The position numbers and the translations under genes are program-made. Below the pieces are notes generated by a model, which saw only the letters and a program-made list of their open reading frames with translations, did not search any database and was not told the DNA's origin. A stretch of 64,000 nucleotides of DNA from Octopus sinensis. Taxonomy: Eukaryota. Location of the stretch: positions 116,002,001 to 116,066,000 of the forward strand of contig NC_043000.1 in the NCBI RefSeq assembly GCF_006345805.1, given 5' to 3'. Position 1 is the first letter of the stretch, and every line of letters starts with the position of its first letter. Below, piece by piece: positions 1 to 12,244 of the stretch.

Positions 1-777
1 TCAGCCATTTTCATTTTCATAAACCCACACAACGAAATGCGGAAACAGCTCCTCATGGAGCTCCTTCTTGCTTTTGCACGTAACGTTTTCCTTGTAATAT
101 TGGTTAATTTTTCTTTGCTTATTACTTTCTCTGTTGGCTTATTTTCATCATTTATATTTCCCATATGTTTTGTTCATTTCTGTTTAGACATTTTCATTTT
201 CGTAAACCCACCGGAAAAAAAATGAAGGCGCAGATATTCATTGAGTTAGTTCTTGATTGTGAACGTAACACTTCGCAAACAATTTTGGTCAAGTTTTCTT
301 GGTTTCTTTTCTTATTACTGTTTGCTTTCGTTTATTTATATTCTTTTTTATTTCCAGCGTGTTTTGTTTATTGCCATTTATCCAGTTTATTTTCCAAAAT
401 ACCCAATTAATCTTCTGTTGAAAAATTCTCTGCAAGTATTTATAAAATAAGTGGTATTGTTATTTGTTACGAGCAGAGGAGAAGCGTGGCAGGGAGATTA
501 GAATTTCAATTGTTTTGATACCGTGGTTTTTCTTATGTACATTTACAACACGTGTTCGAATATCGACGATACTATAAAGTGGAGCGGCTCAAACAGTGGA
601 GAGGTGTTCGAATCTCGACGGAACTGTCAGTTTTTCCTCATAGTCTTACGATGGAGTTGATCGATATTAATATCGATGATGTAATGAACAATGCTTATGA
701 CGTCATCGCTGTGAGGCTGCATTCATTCTTCTCTCTCCTTTAGACAACATTGGTGGAACGTTCTTATTTCTTTTCTG

Positions 778-1385
778 CCCACAAAGGGTTACACACAGAG
801 GGGACAAACAAGGACAGACAAAGGGATTAAGTCGGTTATATCGACGCCAGTGCGTAACTGGTACTTAATTTATCGACCCCGAAAGGATGAACGGCAAAGT
901 CAACCTCGGCGGAATTTGAACTCAGAACGTAGTGTCAGACGAAATACCTATTTCTATTTCTTTACTACCCACAAGAGGCTAAACACAGAGAGGACAAACA
1001 AGGACAGACAAACGGATTAAGTTGATTATATCAACCCCAGTGCGTAACTGGTACTTAATTTATCAACTCCGAAAGGATGAAAGGCAAAGTCAACCTCGGC
1101 GGAATTTGAACGCAGAACGTATTGTCAGACGAAATACCCATTTCTATTTCTTTACTACCCACAAGGGGCTAAACACAGCAAGGACAAATAAGGACAGACA
1201 AACGGATTACGTCGATTACATCGACCCCAGTGCGTAACTAGTACTTTATTTATCGATCGCGAAAGGATGAAAGGCAAAGTCGTCCTCGGCGGAATTTGAA
1301 CTCAGAACGTAACGGTAGACGAAATACCTACCCACAAGGGGCTAAACACAGAGAGGACAAACAAGGACAGACAAACGGATTAAGT
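778..1385 (-). mobile_element. SINE-A body, about 3.3 head-to-tail ~190-bp units
   Basis: The unit CCCACAAG..GGACAAACAAGGACAGAC..CGAAAGGATGAAAGGCAAAGTC..GGCGGAATTTGAACTCAGAACG recurs at about 778, 968, 1157 and 1331. Each full unit has a Pol III B-box-like GAGTTCAAATTCC on the minus strand. Confidence 0.9.
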
Positions 1386-1625
1386 CCGTCGTATATATGT
1401 ATATGTATGTATGTGTGTGTATATGTTTGTGTGTCTGTGTTTGTCCCCACAGCATCGCTTGACAACCGATGCTGGTGTGTTTACGTCACCGTAACATAGC
1501 TGTTCGACAAAAGAGACCGATAGAATAAATACTAGGCTTACAAAGAATAAGTCCTGGCGTCGATTTGCTCGACTAAAGGCGGTGCTCCAGTAGGGCCACA
1601 GTCAAATGACTTAAAGAAGTAAAAG
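1386..1625 (+). mobile_element. SINE-B 3' half
   Basis: CCGTCGTATATATG..GACAACCGATGCTGGTGTGTTTACGTC..GTCGATTTGCTCGAC..CAGTCAAATGAC, matching the full copies at 2552 and 35381. Confidence 0.85.
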
Positions 1626-1649
1626 AATAAAATAAATAATTTGTTGCAA

Positions 1650-2161
1650 ATTTTGTATAAGGCCAAGTTTTAGGGGGAAGGAGATAATCAATTTCATCGA
1701 CCCCAGTAGGTGACTGGTATTTATTATATTATTCAGAAATGATGAAAGGTAAAATCAATCTTCGCAGAATTTGAACTCAGACCGTAAAGAAGCGGTAGCT
1801 ATGTCGTTCAGAATTTTGTCCGACGCGCTAACGATTCACCCAGGTTACTTGATTTATCGACCCCGGAAGGATGATAGGGAAAGTTGACCTCGGCGGAATT
1901 TAAACTCAGAACGTAGCGACAGACGAAATACCTATTTCTTTACTACCCACAAGGGGCTAAACACAAAGAGAACAAACAAGGACAGACAAACAGATTAAGT
2001 CGATTATATCGACCCCTGTGCGTAAATGGTACTTAATTTATCGACCCCCGAAAGGATGAAAGGCAAAGTCGAGCTCGGCGGAATTTGTACTCAGAACGTA
2101 ACGGCAGATGAAATACTGCAAAGCATTTCGCCCGGCGTGCTAACGTTTCTGTCAGCTCGCC
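1650..2161 (-). mobile_element. SINE-A copies (one with head at 2161 plus 1.5 units, one degenerate)
   Basis: Reverse complement of the GGCGAGCTG-CAGAAACGTTAGCACGCCGGGCGAAATGC head ends near 2161, followed by the same body units. Confidence 0.85.
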
Positions 2162-2424
2162 AAGCAGAAGACATACCGCTCAGCTTTTTATCCATTGCAT
2201 TAATGATTCCCCCACCTCAGCACCTTCGATAAAAATAAATATTACTAATGAGGTTCAATCGATTATCTTGCAGAACGCACAAATCAATATTTTGGTGCTT
2301 AAGATCGGGTTGCAAGTTATTAAAAAAAAATTCCAGTTTTTACCATATTAGATTATATTACAGAGTTTTGTAACTTTTGATAAATCTGTCTAGTTCAATC
2401 CGTCTTGTAAAGTCTGTACGGATA

Positions 2425-2545
2425 CAGTTCAGTTCAGTGTCTCATGTGCCATGACGCACATTGGGCAGCCAGTTGAGGCCAGTAGTTTCTGATGGATGCA
2501 GTTCTTCATTGTATTTGTCCAAGTGATATTGACCTCTCTCATTAA
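2425..2545 (-). mobile_element. Probable RTE-type LINE 3' end with (CTGAA)n tail
   Basis: Minus strand reads WTNTMKNCIHQK...AHETLN* and ends in ACTGAACTGAACTG, a BovB/RTE-style tail. Confidence 0.35.
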
Positions 2546-2551
2546 AGTTAT

Positions 2552-2953
2552 GAGTGGTTGTGTGGTAAGTAGCTTGCTTACCAACCACATGGTCCCGGGT
2601 TCTGTCCCACTGCGTGGCACCTTGGGCAAGTGTCTTCTACTATAGCCTCGGGCCGACCAAAGCCTTGTGAGTGGATTTGGTAGACGGAAACTGGAAGAAG
2701 CCCGTCGTATATGTATATATATCTGTATATGTGTGTGTGTGTGTATATGTTTGTGTGTCTGTTAGTCCCCCAGCATCGCTTGACAACCGATGCTGGTATG
2801 TTTACGTCCCTGTAACTTGGCAGTTCGAGAAAAGAGACCGATAGAATAAGTACTAGGCTTACAAAAAATAAGTCCTGGGGTCGATTTGCTCGACTATAAA
2901 GGTAGTGCTCCAGCATGGCCGCAGTCAAATGACTGAAAACACGTAAAAGAGTA
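2552..2953 (+). mobile_element. SINE-B, near full length
   Basis: tRNA-like head GAGTGGTTGTGTGGTAAGTAGC..GGGTTCTGTCCC, then CCTTGGGCAAGTG, an internal (TA)/(TG) tract and a GTAAAAGAGTA tail. Confidence 0.9.
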
Positions 2954-3281
2954 ATGTGTTGCGGGGTCTAGTTTTCGCCCTTAACTTCTTACATTTCTCT
3001 CCGAGCATAACATATTGTTTGTTTTTAGATGAAAACAAATTCGGCAGGGACTTCGAAGTTTCGCAGCTGGTTTCATAAAAGTGTTAGTTATCTAGTCTTA
3101 AATAACATACAAAACAAATGGCCATTGAAACTTCGAAAGCACATTCACCTCTTTTTCATATGTATGCGAGTATGCGTGCGCCTGCGCATCTGTATATTGA
3201 TGTACATTACCACAAGTGTATGTTTGTATGTGTGTGCACATTTATGTAAATATATATTCACATATTTACACAAACACACAT

Positions 3282-3313
<32 letters not shown>

Positions 3314-3340
3314 TGAAAAGGAAGATACGAGTTGATATGT

Positions 3341-3691
3341 ATATGGAAAAAAAATGTCAAGGTAGAAAATGCTAAAATAATTTTATTAAAAAATTTGGAA
3401 AAATTAAAAGAAAAGTTGTTTTAAAGAATATTTGCATAGTATTCAAATACAAGGGACGTTTTTTCTTGTTTCTGCCTGTCTCTGTCTCTCTTGTTTACTC
3501 TTGTGGTTTCGAGGCCCCTTGTATTTGAATACTATGCAAATATTCTTTTAAAAAAAACTTTTCATTTAATTTTTCCAAAATTTAATTATTTTCCATACTT
3601 ACAGGTGAAAAAGTGTCAATGACCGGAACCGGTACTGAAATGTTTTTTATAAAATTATTTTAGCATTCTCTACCTCGACTTTTTCCCATAT
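3341..3691. mobile_element. Fold-back element with nested inverted arms
   Basis: Outer arms ATATGGAAAA..GTCAAGGTAGAAAATGCTAAAATAATTTTAT / ATAAAATTATTTTAGCATTCTCTACCTCGAC..CCATAT. Inner arms 3396-3455 / 3516-3578. Confidence 0.85.
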
Positions 3692-3962
3692 ATAAATAAA
3701 TATATATATAAATAAATAAATAAATATATATAGAGCTAGTCTATGTTACTCCGTAAGGGACATAAACCCGCTTTCCCGGTTTCTCTTGCATATAATGAAT
3801 AATCCGTCACGGGATTACTCATTTTTACTAGTTGAGTAGACTGAAACAACGTGAAATGAAGTGTTTTGTTCAAGAACACAACGCATCGCCGGGCCCAGAA
3901 ATCGAAACAACAAATTTACGATCATGTGTTCAACATCCCAACCATTAAGCCAAGATCCTCCG

Positions 3963-3995
<33 letters not shown>

Positions 3996-4009
3996 AGTAG
4001 TAGTAGTAG

Positions 4010-4720
4010 GTTTGAAGAAAATGACAGTGATGAAAATTTTTGTTTATTCTATGATGTGTATGGAGGTTGTGGAGTATGTATTTCTATCTACTTTTTGACT
4101 TCTTTCCGACCCTATTTCACTTACAAGAATTTACGCTTTCTTTTATGCCAATCCACTCATGTCAATCCACTTCTGAAGAACATCTTAGCAATAGAGAATA
4201 TCATTCTGGTCAATGTTCTACGCAGTTTATATACCAAAGTTCAAACGGAAAAAAATCTCCTTGGAATTTCTATCTCTGGAACTTCACTGCCGCAATATCC
4301 AACTCGTTTGCTGGCTTCAAAGGAAAGAACTATGTTTATTTTTATCTAATCCATGGCATTCATTATCGTGCATACAGTACATGTAGTAAAAATGTAGTTT
4401 ATAGAGATGGCAAAAATGCTCTACTTAAAAAGAGTTCGTTGTTTGGATATATTTGATGTGGATGTTTGCATAAGGCGGGGAGAAAGAGAGGTTGAAAAAG
4501 GAAGTATGAATGTTTTTTTATTATTTCAAAAGGCTTGTGAAAATGCTGGGTTCTCCGTCGGCATCGACGATGAGCATTTTGTTCAGCAAACGGAAGCTCT
4601 AATGAGGAAATTAGTATAGAACAGGTTGAATATCTCGCAGGTACACTTATTTGGCACTAGTTTGAGAACAGTTTACAGGGTGTATACAGTCATAAGGCTG
4701 AGTCTTTGTATTCCAGGTGC
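4010..4720 (+). pseudogene. Heavily decayed RTE-like reverse transcriptase fragment
   Basis: Frame-hopping peptides VYRDGKNALLKK, SVGIDDE and GTSLRTVYRVYTVIRLSL..GCE loosely follow the RTE RT C-terminal consensus (IDDEV..GISLxTKxRVY..LLYGCE). Confidence 0.35.
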
Positions 4721-5314
4721 AATCGGGTGTGAAAGAGTGAGAGAGAAAGAGGGAGAGAAAAAGAGAGAGAGTGAGAGAAAGAGAGAAAAGACAGAGTGTG
4801 GGAAAGAAATGTAAAGAGCTGGAACAACAGATCGATCCTAGTACAAGACGTTTATGCTATTTATGGTCACCAAAAATGTAATTGCTATGCTATTTGAAAC
4901 CAGATCGCAAATTGGAAGAACGTAACCATTAAAGCATTATATCCAAAACTATCGAAGCTGTCGTGTTGCCAGCCATTATTTGGAAATCGATGTGGATTGA
5001 AAGCTGAAATATTTATGTGTAGAGTAAAATTGTGCATATTCTCAAACTCGGACAAAAGATTGAAAGTTGGAGAAGTTTAAGGGGTGTACAAGCCGTAAGT
5101 TGGTACTTATTTTTATCTGATTTGATAGGAAAAATATGAAATGAAGTGCTTTGGCACAAGACACTGTGTGCTATCTAGAGCTAGATATGAACCCAAGACC
5201 GTGAGCCCGAGGATAGACTTCTGCAAACCAACCAAGGTACCACGACAACATCCAACGTCCATAAAACAGATAAACCTCTAAGATCACATATACGATAAAT
5301 AGGTCCTCAATACT

Positions 5315-5646
5315 GGCACTGGTTTCGGTTACAGCGACGGGGATTCCAGTTGATCCGATCAACGGAAAAACCTGCTCGTGAAATTAATGTGCCAGTGGCT
5401 GAGTACTCCACAAATACATGTACACTCAGCGCCATGCTCAGGGTGATTCAGCGTTACACAGAATGTGACAAGGTAGGTTCTTTGAATTACAGGTACCACT
5501 TAATTTTTTCCGGTTGAGTAGACTGGAGCAAGGTGAAATAATGTGTCTTGCTCAAGGACAAAACGCGTCACCGGGAATTGAACTTACAACCTTACGATCA
5601 GGAGTCAAATATTGTAATCACCTAGCTATACGCTTTCATGTGCCCT
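5315..5646 (-). mobile_element. SINE-C, degenerate
   Basis: Shares CCTGCTCGTGAAATTAA..GTGACAAG..GAATTACAGGTAC with the copies at 10416 and 30485. Confidence 0.75.
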
Positions 5647-5778
5647 CAATACAAAATGAAAAGATCACAGAACCAAGGAAGCTCGAAAGAAGAAATAACA
5701 GCAGCATAGAAAACGGAAGAAAATAATAAAACCCTAAAACATGGGCGAAGATCATACAAGGTCTCTTGGAAACTCTGT

Positions 5779-5878
5779 NNNNNNNNNNNNNNNNNNNNNN
5801 NNNNNNNNNNNNNNNNNNNNNNNNNNNNNNNNNNNNNNNNNNNNNNNNNNNNNNNNNNNNNNNNNNNNNNNNNNNNNN
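5779..5878. other. Assembly gap (100 N)
   Basis: Exactly 100 Ns, the usual placeholder for a gap of unknown size. Confidence 0.99.
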
Positions 5879-6399
5879 CAAAACATTGTAATCCGTCTCA
5901 CTGAAAATTGCATATACGACGCCAGGTCTAGCGTATCTTTAGTATGCAAACGAAATAATTTCTTCCCTATGGAATACAAAAAATAACTAATTAATTTAAA
6001 TCCAACATAGCAAAGAGAATTTGTGTTTATTGTATGTTCTTTAACGATTAAACATATCTTATAGGATAACATGTGTGAGATCATCATAAAATTTGGGTCA
6101 CCAATATACTCATGTACAACTACGGACGCATATACATGCATGTGTAGATGAATACACACACATATATTTGTGTATGTCTATCTGTCTGTCTGTCTGTCTA
6201 GCTATCTGTGTGTCTGTATATCTCTCAATGTATCTATCAATCTATGTATGTATGTATGTATGTACGTATCTATCTAGCTATCTATTTATTTATCCATTTA
6301 TCTACACTTTATTTGCTTCTGCTATAGGCTGTGGATATGATGAGGCACCGTCGTTCATATGATTTTAAATTTATTTCCATGACCCACTATCTGATTTGG

Positions 6400-6780
6400 T
6401 TTGGTAAACGAAGCAGTTAAACTTGCACTCTTCATTTGTGTTTATCTGGATTCACATAAGTTGTTTAAATGCTTGTTGAATCCATCCACATTAATGCTTT
6501 GTAGTTATCATGAACTTTTTCGGCAAGCATTGAAAAGCTGTGTGACGCTGAACATTAACTTACTGTAGTATTGTGTCTTCCTCTAAAGGAAGAGGGTGAG
6601 AACTTTAGAAGATCGCGGTAACTCCTAGTTCAGGGGTTTGTATAACTTTCAATTCCAAATTTTGGCGCTTGACTCTCCAAGATCGCTACTGTAGAACTTT
6701 CGGGTCTCCGCTGTTGGGAGTAGAAACTTGTCCAGGGAAGTCCCCTTTAAGACGTATTCTGTTCAAAGACATAGTATACG
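6400..6780 (-). mobile_element. CR1-clade LINE ORF2 3' end, decayed
   Basis: Minus strand gives FYSQQRRPE..ILESQAPKFGIESYTNP and then QLFNA.PKKVHD.QSINVDGFNKHLNNL. These match the LYSLERRRER..PNFGIESY and QLFNxLP..SVDxFKxxLD motifs of CR1-type C-termini. Confidence 0.65.
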
Positions 6781-7122
6781 CCAGGCTAAGTGAAAAAAAA
6801 AATCACTCGGAAATGAGAGTGACAGATATTAATATTTTGCAGTCACTTCAGTCCTCAGGGCCACGCAATCATTCACCAGGGAAACGATCTCCGTCGATTA
6901 GACAGCATAAATAAACAGATTCAAAACCTATTTGCTGATATGCGTATGCATCGCACTAGAAAAATGAAATCACAATTTTGTCTGACGCAGCTTAAATAAT
7001 GTAAACGAACTGTTGACCCGTTGTTCACAATAATCCAGTAAAAAGACCTTTCAAAATGTTATGTCGTGCAACTTAACCAATTCAGAAAAATTGCAAAAGC
7101 AATATTATTCTTTCCGTTACCA

Positions 7123-7333
7123 TACTCTTTTACTCTTTTATTTGTTTCAGTCATTTGAGTGCGGCCATGCTGGAGCACCGCCTTTAGTCGAGAAAATCGC
7201 CCCCAGGACTTATTCTTTGTAAGCCTAGTACTTATTCTATCAGTCTCTTTTGCCGAACCGCTAAGTTACGGGGACGTAAACACACCAGCATCTGTTGACA
7301 AGCGACGTTGGGGAGACAAACACAGACACACAA

Positions 7334-7396
<63 letters not shown>

Positions 7397-7560
7397 ACGG
7401 GCTTCTTTTCAGTTTCCGCCTACCAATTCCACTCACAAGGCTTTGGTCGGGCCGAGACTATAGTAGAAGACACCTGCCCAAGGTGCTACGCAGTGGGACT
7501 GAACCCAGAACCATGTGGTTGGTAAGCAAACTACTTACCACACAGCCACTAATGCGCCTA
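7123..7560 (-). mobile_element. SINE-B, full length
   Basis: Reverse complement of the TAGGCGCA..AGTGGCTGTGTGGTAAGTAG head at 7560, with a TACTCTTTTACTC tail at 7123. Confidence 0.9.
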
Positions 7561-8354
7561 TAGATAAATCTTTATAAAATGGCCTCTAAATTTTCCGGCT
7601 TAAAATCTTCCTTTAATAATTTTTTAACCAATACTTTTATATAATTTCAACTCTATTTGATCGAATAATATCGTAGTATAATTCTTGTGGCTGGCTTATA
7701 ACTATATTCTGTACCTTCATTATAATTACTTCTCATCTTTTCAGATTTTATCTCTATCTATATTTTTCTTCTTCCTATTAAATGCACTTCAAGGAAATGC
7801 TATTTCTCCGGTAGTACACGTACGTTTAATCGTTTAGTTCCCTAAATATAACAGTCACCTTGGCAAGAATAAATTTGACGAATGGGAACTAAGATGACAA
7901 TTTGCCGTCGTTCGCTTGCGTGTTTCCCTCATAGAGTGACAGCTTTCATTTAAACCATAAACACAACCGTCTACATCGCTCCCTTTTCTCATGATATATA
8001 TTTAACCGAATTCGGCGAAGTACTTTGGTATTGCATTTGTGTCAAATCTGATGAGATGGTGGGAAGAAAATTTCATTATTATTGTATGATTTTGCATTAT
8101 TTCTTTTTATGTGCATAACCCAGCACATTGATTGATCTAACTATTCCACTAATTATTGAAACGATCGTAACTGATTAGTAAATGTACTACCGGCATCTTA
8201 ATTCGTTTGTTTCTCTCCTCTTTTGCTTTGCTTTTGCCTGTGAGTTTGAGTGTATGTGTGCCTATGCAAACACACACACACACATACATATGTATTCTTG
8301 TGGTGTGTGGTGTATATATATATATATATACACACACACACATATATATATTAT

Positions 8355-8408
<54 letters not shown>

Positions 8409-8929
8409 ATATATATATAATATATATATAAACACTATATATATATATATAATATATATATATATATATGAACATGTGTCTCTGTGTGTGTGCGTACCTA
8501 CTTACGTATGTATTTCTGTATACCTGCCTGTCAATTACAATATCTCTCTTTCGTCGCTGTCAAATAAATGCTTTAAGCGCGCATGCCCTCCTTCGAGATT
8601 AACGTGAAAACATGCTATATGATAACAACTAATTATATTAGAATAATACTGAGTAAAACTTTCAGCAAATCTGCGTGTAGCATCCTCTTAGAATATTCTC
8701 CAATCATGTGAGAATCAAATTATGGTTAACGATGCATTATTTTGTTTTATGAAATGGAATCAATTATACCATTTCTGCACTCCATTATTTAATGACTGCC
8801 TTGCCTTAATCTTTTTATAATTCAAGTGGAGGAAACGTAAGCGAATTAAAGAGAAATTAGATCTATGGACGTATGTGGATTGATATGATATATACATACG
8901 TGTACAAATACGCATACATATGGGTGTAA

Positions 8930-8932
8930 TTA

Positions 8933-9003
<71 letters not shown>

Positions 9004-9013
9004 CCCGTAAGCT

Positions 9014-9065
<52 letters not shown>
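8930..9065. repeat. (TA)n microsatellite
   Basis: Direct reading. Similar tracts occur at 8315-8470, 9780-9925, 11900-12243, 13435-13590, 20590-20960, 39405-39705, 52180-52340 and 58046-58170. Confidence 0.95.
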
Positions 9066-9067
<2 letters not shown>

Positions 9068-9069
9068 AT

Positions 9070-9720
9070 AAATATTAGGGAATAAATCCAAATTTACAGG
9101 GAAAAAATCAGATTTAGGATTAAATCCAATTTTATAGTAAAATATTATAAAATATTATTAGAGACAAAACCACTATTTTGCAAAACAAACAAGGAAAGAC
9201 TTAATCAATACATAAAATTTTAATAAATAGTCAAAAAAACCGCCACTACAATTGTTTCTTGTCTTGATCGACAATCTTCAGGTGGACTTCCAATCTAAAA
9301 TATCAATATTTTAAAATATAAAAATAATAATTTTAAAATAATTAAAGTATGAATGAAAAAATATAAATATATAATCCATATATACCTATATATAATCCAT
9401 ATATAATCAATATATAAACAATATATAAACTAAAATAACCTATCAACAATTAAATATAAAATATAAAATATAAAATATAAAATATAAAACAAACACAAAA
9501 TAATAATATATAATAAGAAACTATATATCACACCCATACACATATACCTAATTATATATAACCATATCTAACTACATACACTAAATCACACACCTATATA
9601 TATATCCCTATACATACACATAAAACGTCTAGGCAACTATAAATAAATAAAATAGCTAAATACTTCAACACAATACTTATTCATACTCCCACACACACAC
9701 ACATACAACCCACATTCACG
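9070..9720 (-). mobile_element. Penelope-like pLTR/3' region (AT-rich) carrying an HHR
   Basis: Very AT-rich block between (TA)n tracts that contains a canonical minimal HHR. The boundaries and the Penelope assignment are inferred. Confidence 0.5.
9243..9285 (-). ncRNA. Minimal type I hammerhead ribozyme, canonical core
   Basis: Minus strand: CCAC CUGAAGA UUGUC GAUCAA GACAA GAAA C AAUU G UA GUGG. Stem I is 4 bp, stem II 5 bp, stem III palindromic, with a GUA cleavage triplet. Confidence 0.85.
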
Positions 9721-9816
9721 CTCTAGAAAACGGACATCACTTAAAATTATGAACGGAGAAATGGAATAAATGGAATTAAAAATATATATACCCATAAGCT
9801 TATATACATATATATA

Positions 9817-9862
<46 letters not shown>

Positions 9863-9892
9863 CCCATAAGCTTATATATGTATATATATATA

Positions 9893-9923
<31 letters not shown>

Positions 9924-10415
9924 CGTATGTGTGTGTTTATACATTTATAATATACAGGTACAAAAAGAACAGAGATATGTATACAGATATATCCATATAT
10001 GCATGCTACACATTAACGATATTATCATGTTCATACGCACACACGTGCGCGCAGACAGGTGCTCACACACATGCACACATACAGACACGAACACACACAC
10101 ACATGCACACATACAGACAGAAACACACACACATACGCGTGCACATGCCCACACGTAAATACATATGAAAATCAAGTACAAAATTGTGATGTGTATGGAT
10201 ATTACGGTACTTGCGAATATTCGTACACACACAAAATCACACACCCATACTCACACAGACACACACTCACACACACACATGCCCACTTATATATATAGAT
10301 GCATGTATACGCATACACACACGTACAAGTACGCAGATACGCACAAACAGTCACGTACGTCACATTGACACACGGTTATATGCTCGCGCGCGTGTATATT
10401 TATATATCTTCTATG

Positions 10416-10789
10416 GCACTCCGTCGGTTACGACGACGAGTATTCCAGGTGATCCGATCAACAGAACAGCCTGCTCGTCAAATTAACGTGCAAGTAGATG
10501 AGCACTCCGCAGACACGCGTACCCTTAACATAGTTCTCGTGGAGATTCAGTGGGACACAACGTGTGACAAGCCTGGTCCCTTTGAAATACAGGTACAACA
10601 GAAAGAGGAAGAAAGAGTGATTGAAAGTTGTGGTGAAAGAGTACAGCAGGGTTCACCACCATCCCCTGCCGAAACCTCGTGGAACTTTAGGTGTTTTTGT
10701 TCAATAAATACTGACAACGCCCGGTCTGTGAATCGAAACCGCGATCCTACGACTGCAACTTCGCTGCCGTAACCACTATTGTGCCTCCA
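10416..10789 (-). mobile_element. SINE-C, full length
   Basis: Minus-strand head GGAGGCACAAT..AGTGGTTACGGCAGCG..GGTTTCGATTC and 3' end GTCGTCGTAACCGACGGAGTGC. Confidence 0.9.
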
Positions 10790-12202
10790 CACACATACAC
10801 ACATATATAAACACGGAAACATAAACATCAGCACACACCCCCGACACACACACACATACATCCACACAAACACCATTGAACAGACAAACGAAAGAACAGA
10901 ACTGCATAGGTAGAGACATAATCTAACACTTCATAAAAAATTCCAGCTTATTCTATTTTAGATTTTATACCGTGCAGTGGTTTTAAAATCACAATTCTTT
11001 TTGTCGTTCTTCTGCAATTTATATTTTGTTTTAAACATCAACATTAAATACCTCCGAGGCTTTTCCTTCATTTAAAACAATTGATTTACCATGAGATGAA
11101 TATTTTTATTACAATGTAGGTATGTATCCGTGAATGCCTCCGTCCTACAACGTTATTGTAAACTGTTGGAGTCATTTTATGAGTGATTCACAGTTTGAAT
11201 GTGTGGATAAGTCTCAATGTAAATTATTATTCGTTTGTATACAGGTTATTATGATTTATTTTCGCATGTAGCTTGTTTTAGATTTTTATCGTAATATGTA
11301 AAACGCGAAGTCATGTGTAAAGTTTATCGTGGTTTGTGCATCTGTGTCTCTGCAAGCTGAAATGAAAAAAGCAGTGATTATGTTGAGTGGGAGATTAGAA
11401 GCGCGAAGAATTTATAATGAATACTGATAGATTAGTTAGAGGGATATATAGATAGTTTGGATTTTGATAGTGAGGGAGGTAAGACCAGAAAAAATATTCA
11501 AGATAGTAAACTGTGAAGTATAAAGAGCGAGGGTACGAGAGCGAGAGAGAGAGGGGGGAGAAAGAGAGAGAGAGAGAGAGAGAGGAGGGGAAGACAGGGG
11601 AAGAGAAGAAAGATTGAGAGAGGGATACACTATGTGAATAAAAGACATGAGATGGTCAAAGGAATGTTGTTTAAAAAAAGACGAATACAGAAAGGAGTGA
11701 GTGGGGAATAGGTGCAGGGGAAAATGTTTTAAACTAGAAGGAGTATTGTGTGAGCGAATGATAGAGATGATGAGAGAAATAGGGAGAGGAATGATGGGAG
11801 GTATTTGTGTGTATTATAGAAACGAAACTAGTGTATGTTGGGAAATGAAGAGAATACCCCAAAGCAAATAATTTTCATTGAAATAAAGAGGATGTTTGTG
11901 TGCGTCTGTGTATGTGTGTGTGTGTGTGAAGGTTTGTCGTGCTGCCAACGTGCATATGTATACGTTTATGTGTGTACATGTGAATATATATATATATGTA
12001 TATTATATATGTGTGTGTGTGTATATATATATATATGTGTGTGTGTGTATATATATGTGTGTGTGTATATATATGTGTGTGTGTGTGTATATATATATGT
12101 GTGTGTATATATATGTATATATATGTGTATATATGTAATATGTGTGTATTTACATTGTAATATACATGTATATATATGTGTATATATATATATGTGTATA
12201 TA

Positions 12203-12234
<32 letters not shown>

Positions 12235-12244
12235 GCATATATAT

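Noticed and set aside
10299-10772. 157-aa ORF with protein-like composition
   Set aside because: It is the antisense reading of a SINE-C copy plus microsatellite. The same applies to the SINE-B ORFs at 2578, 7159 and 28518.
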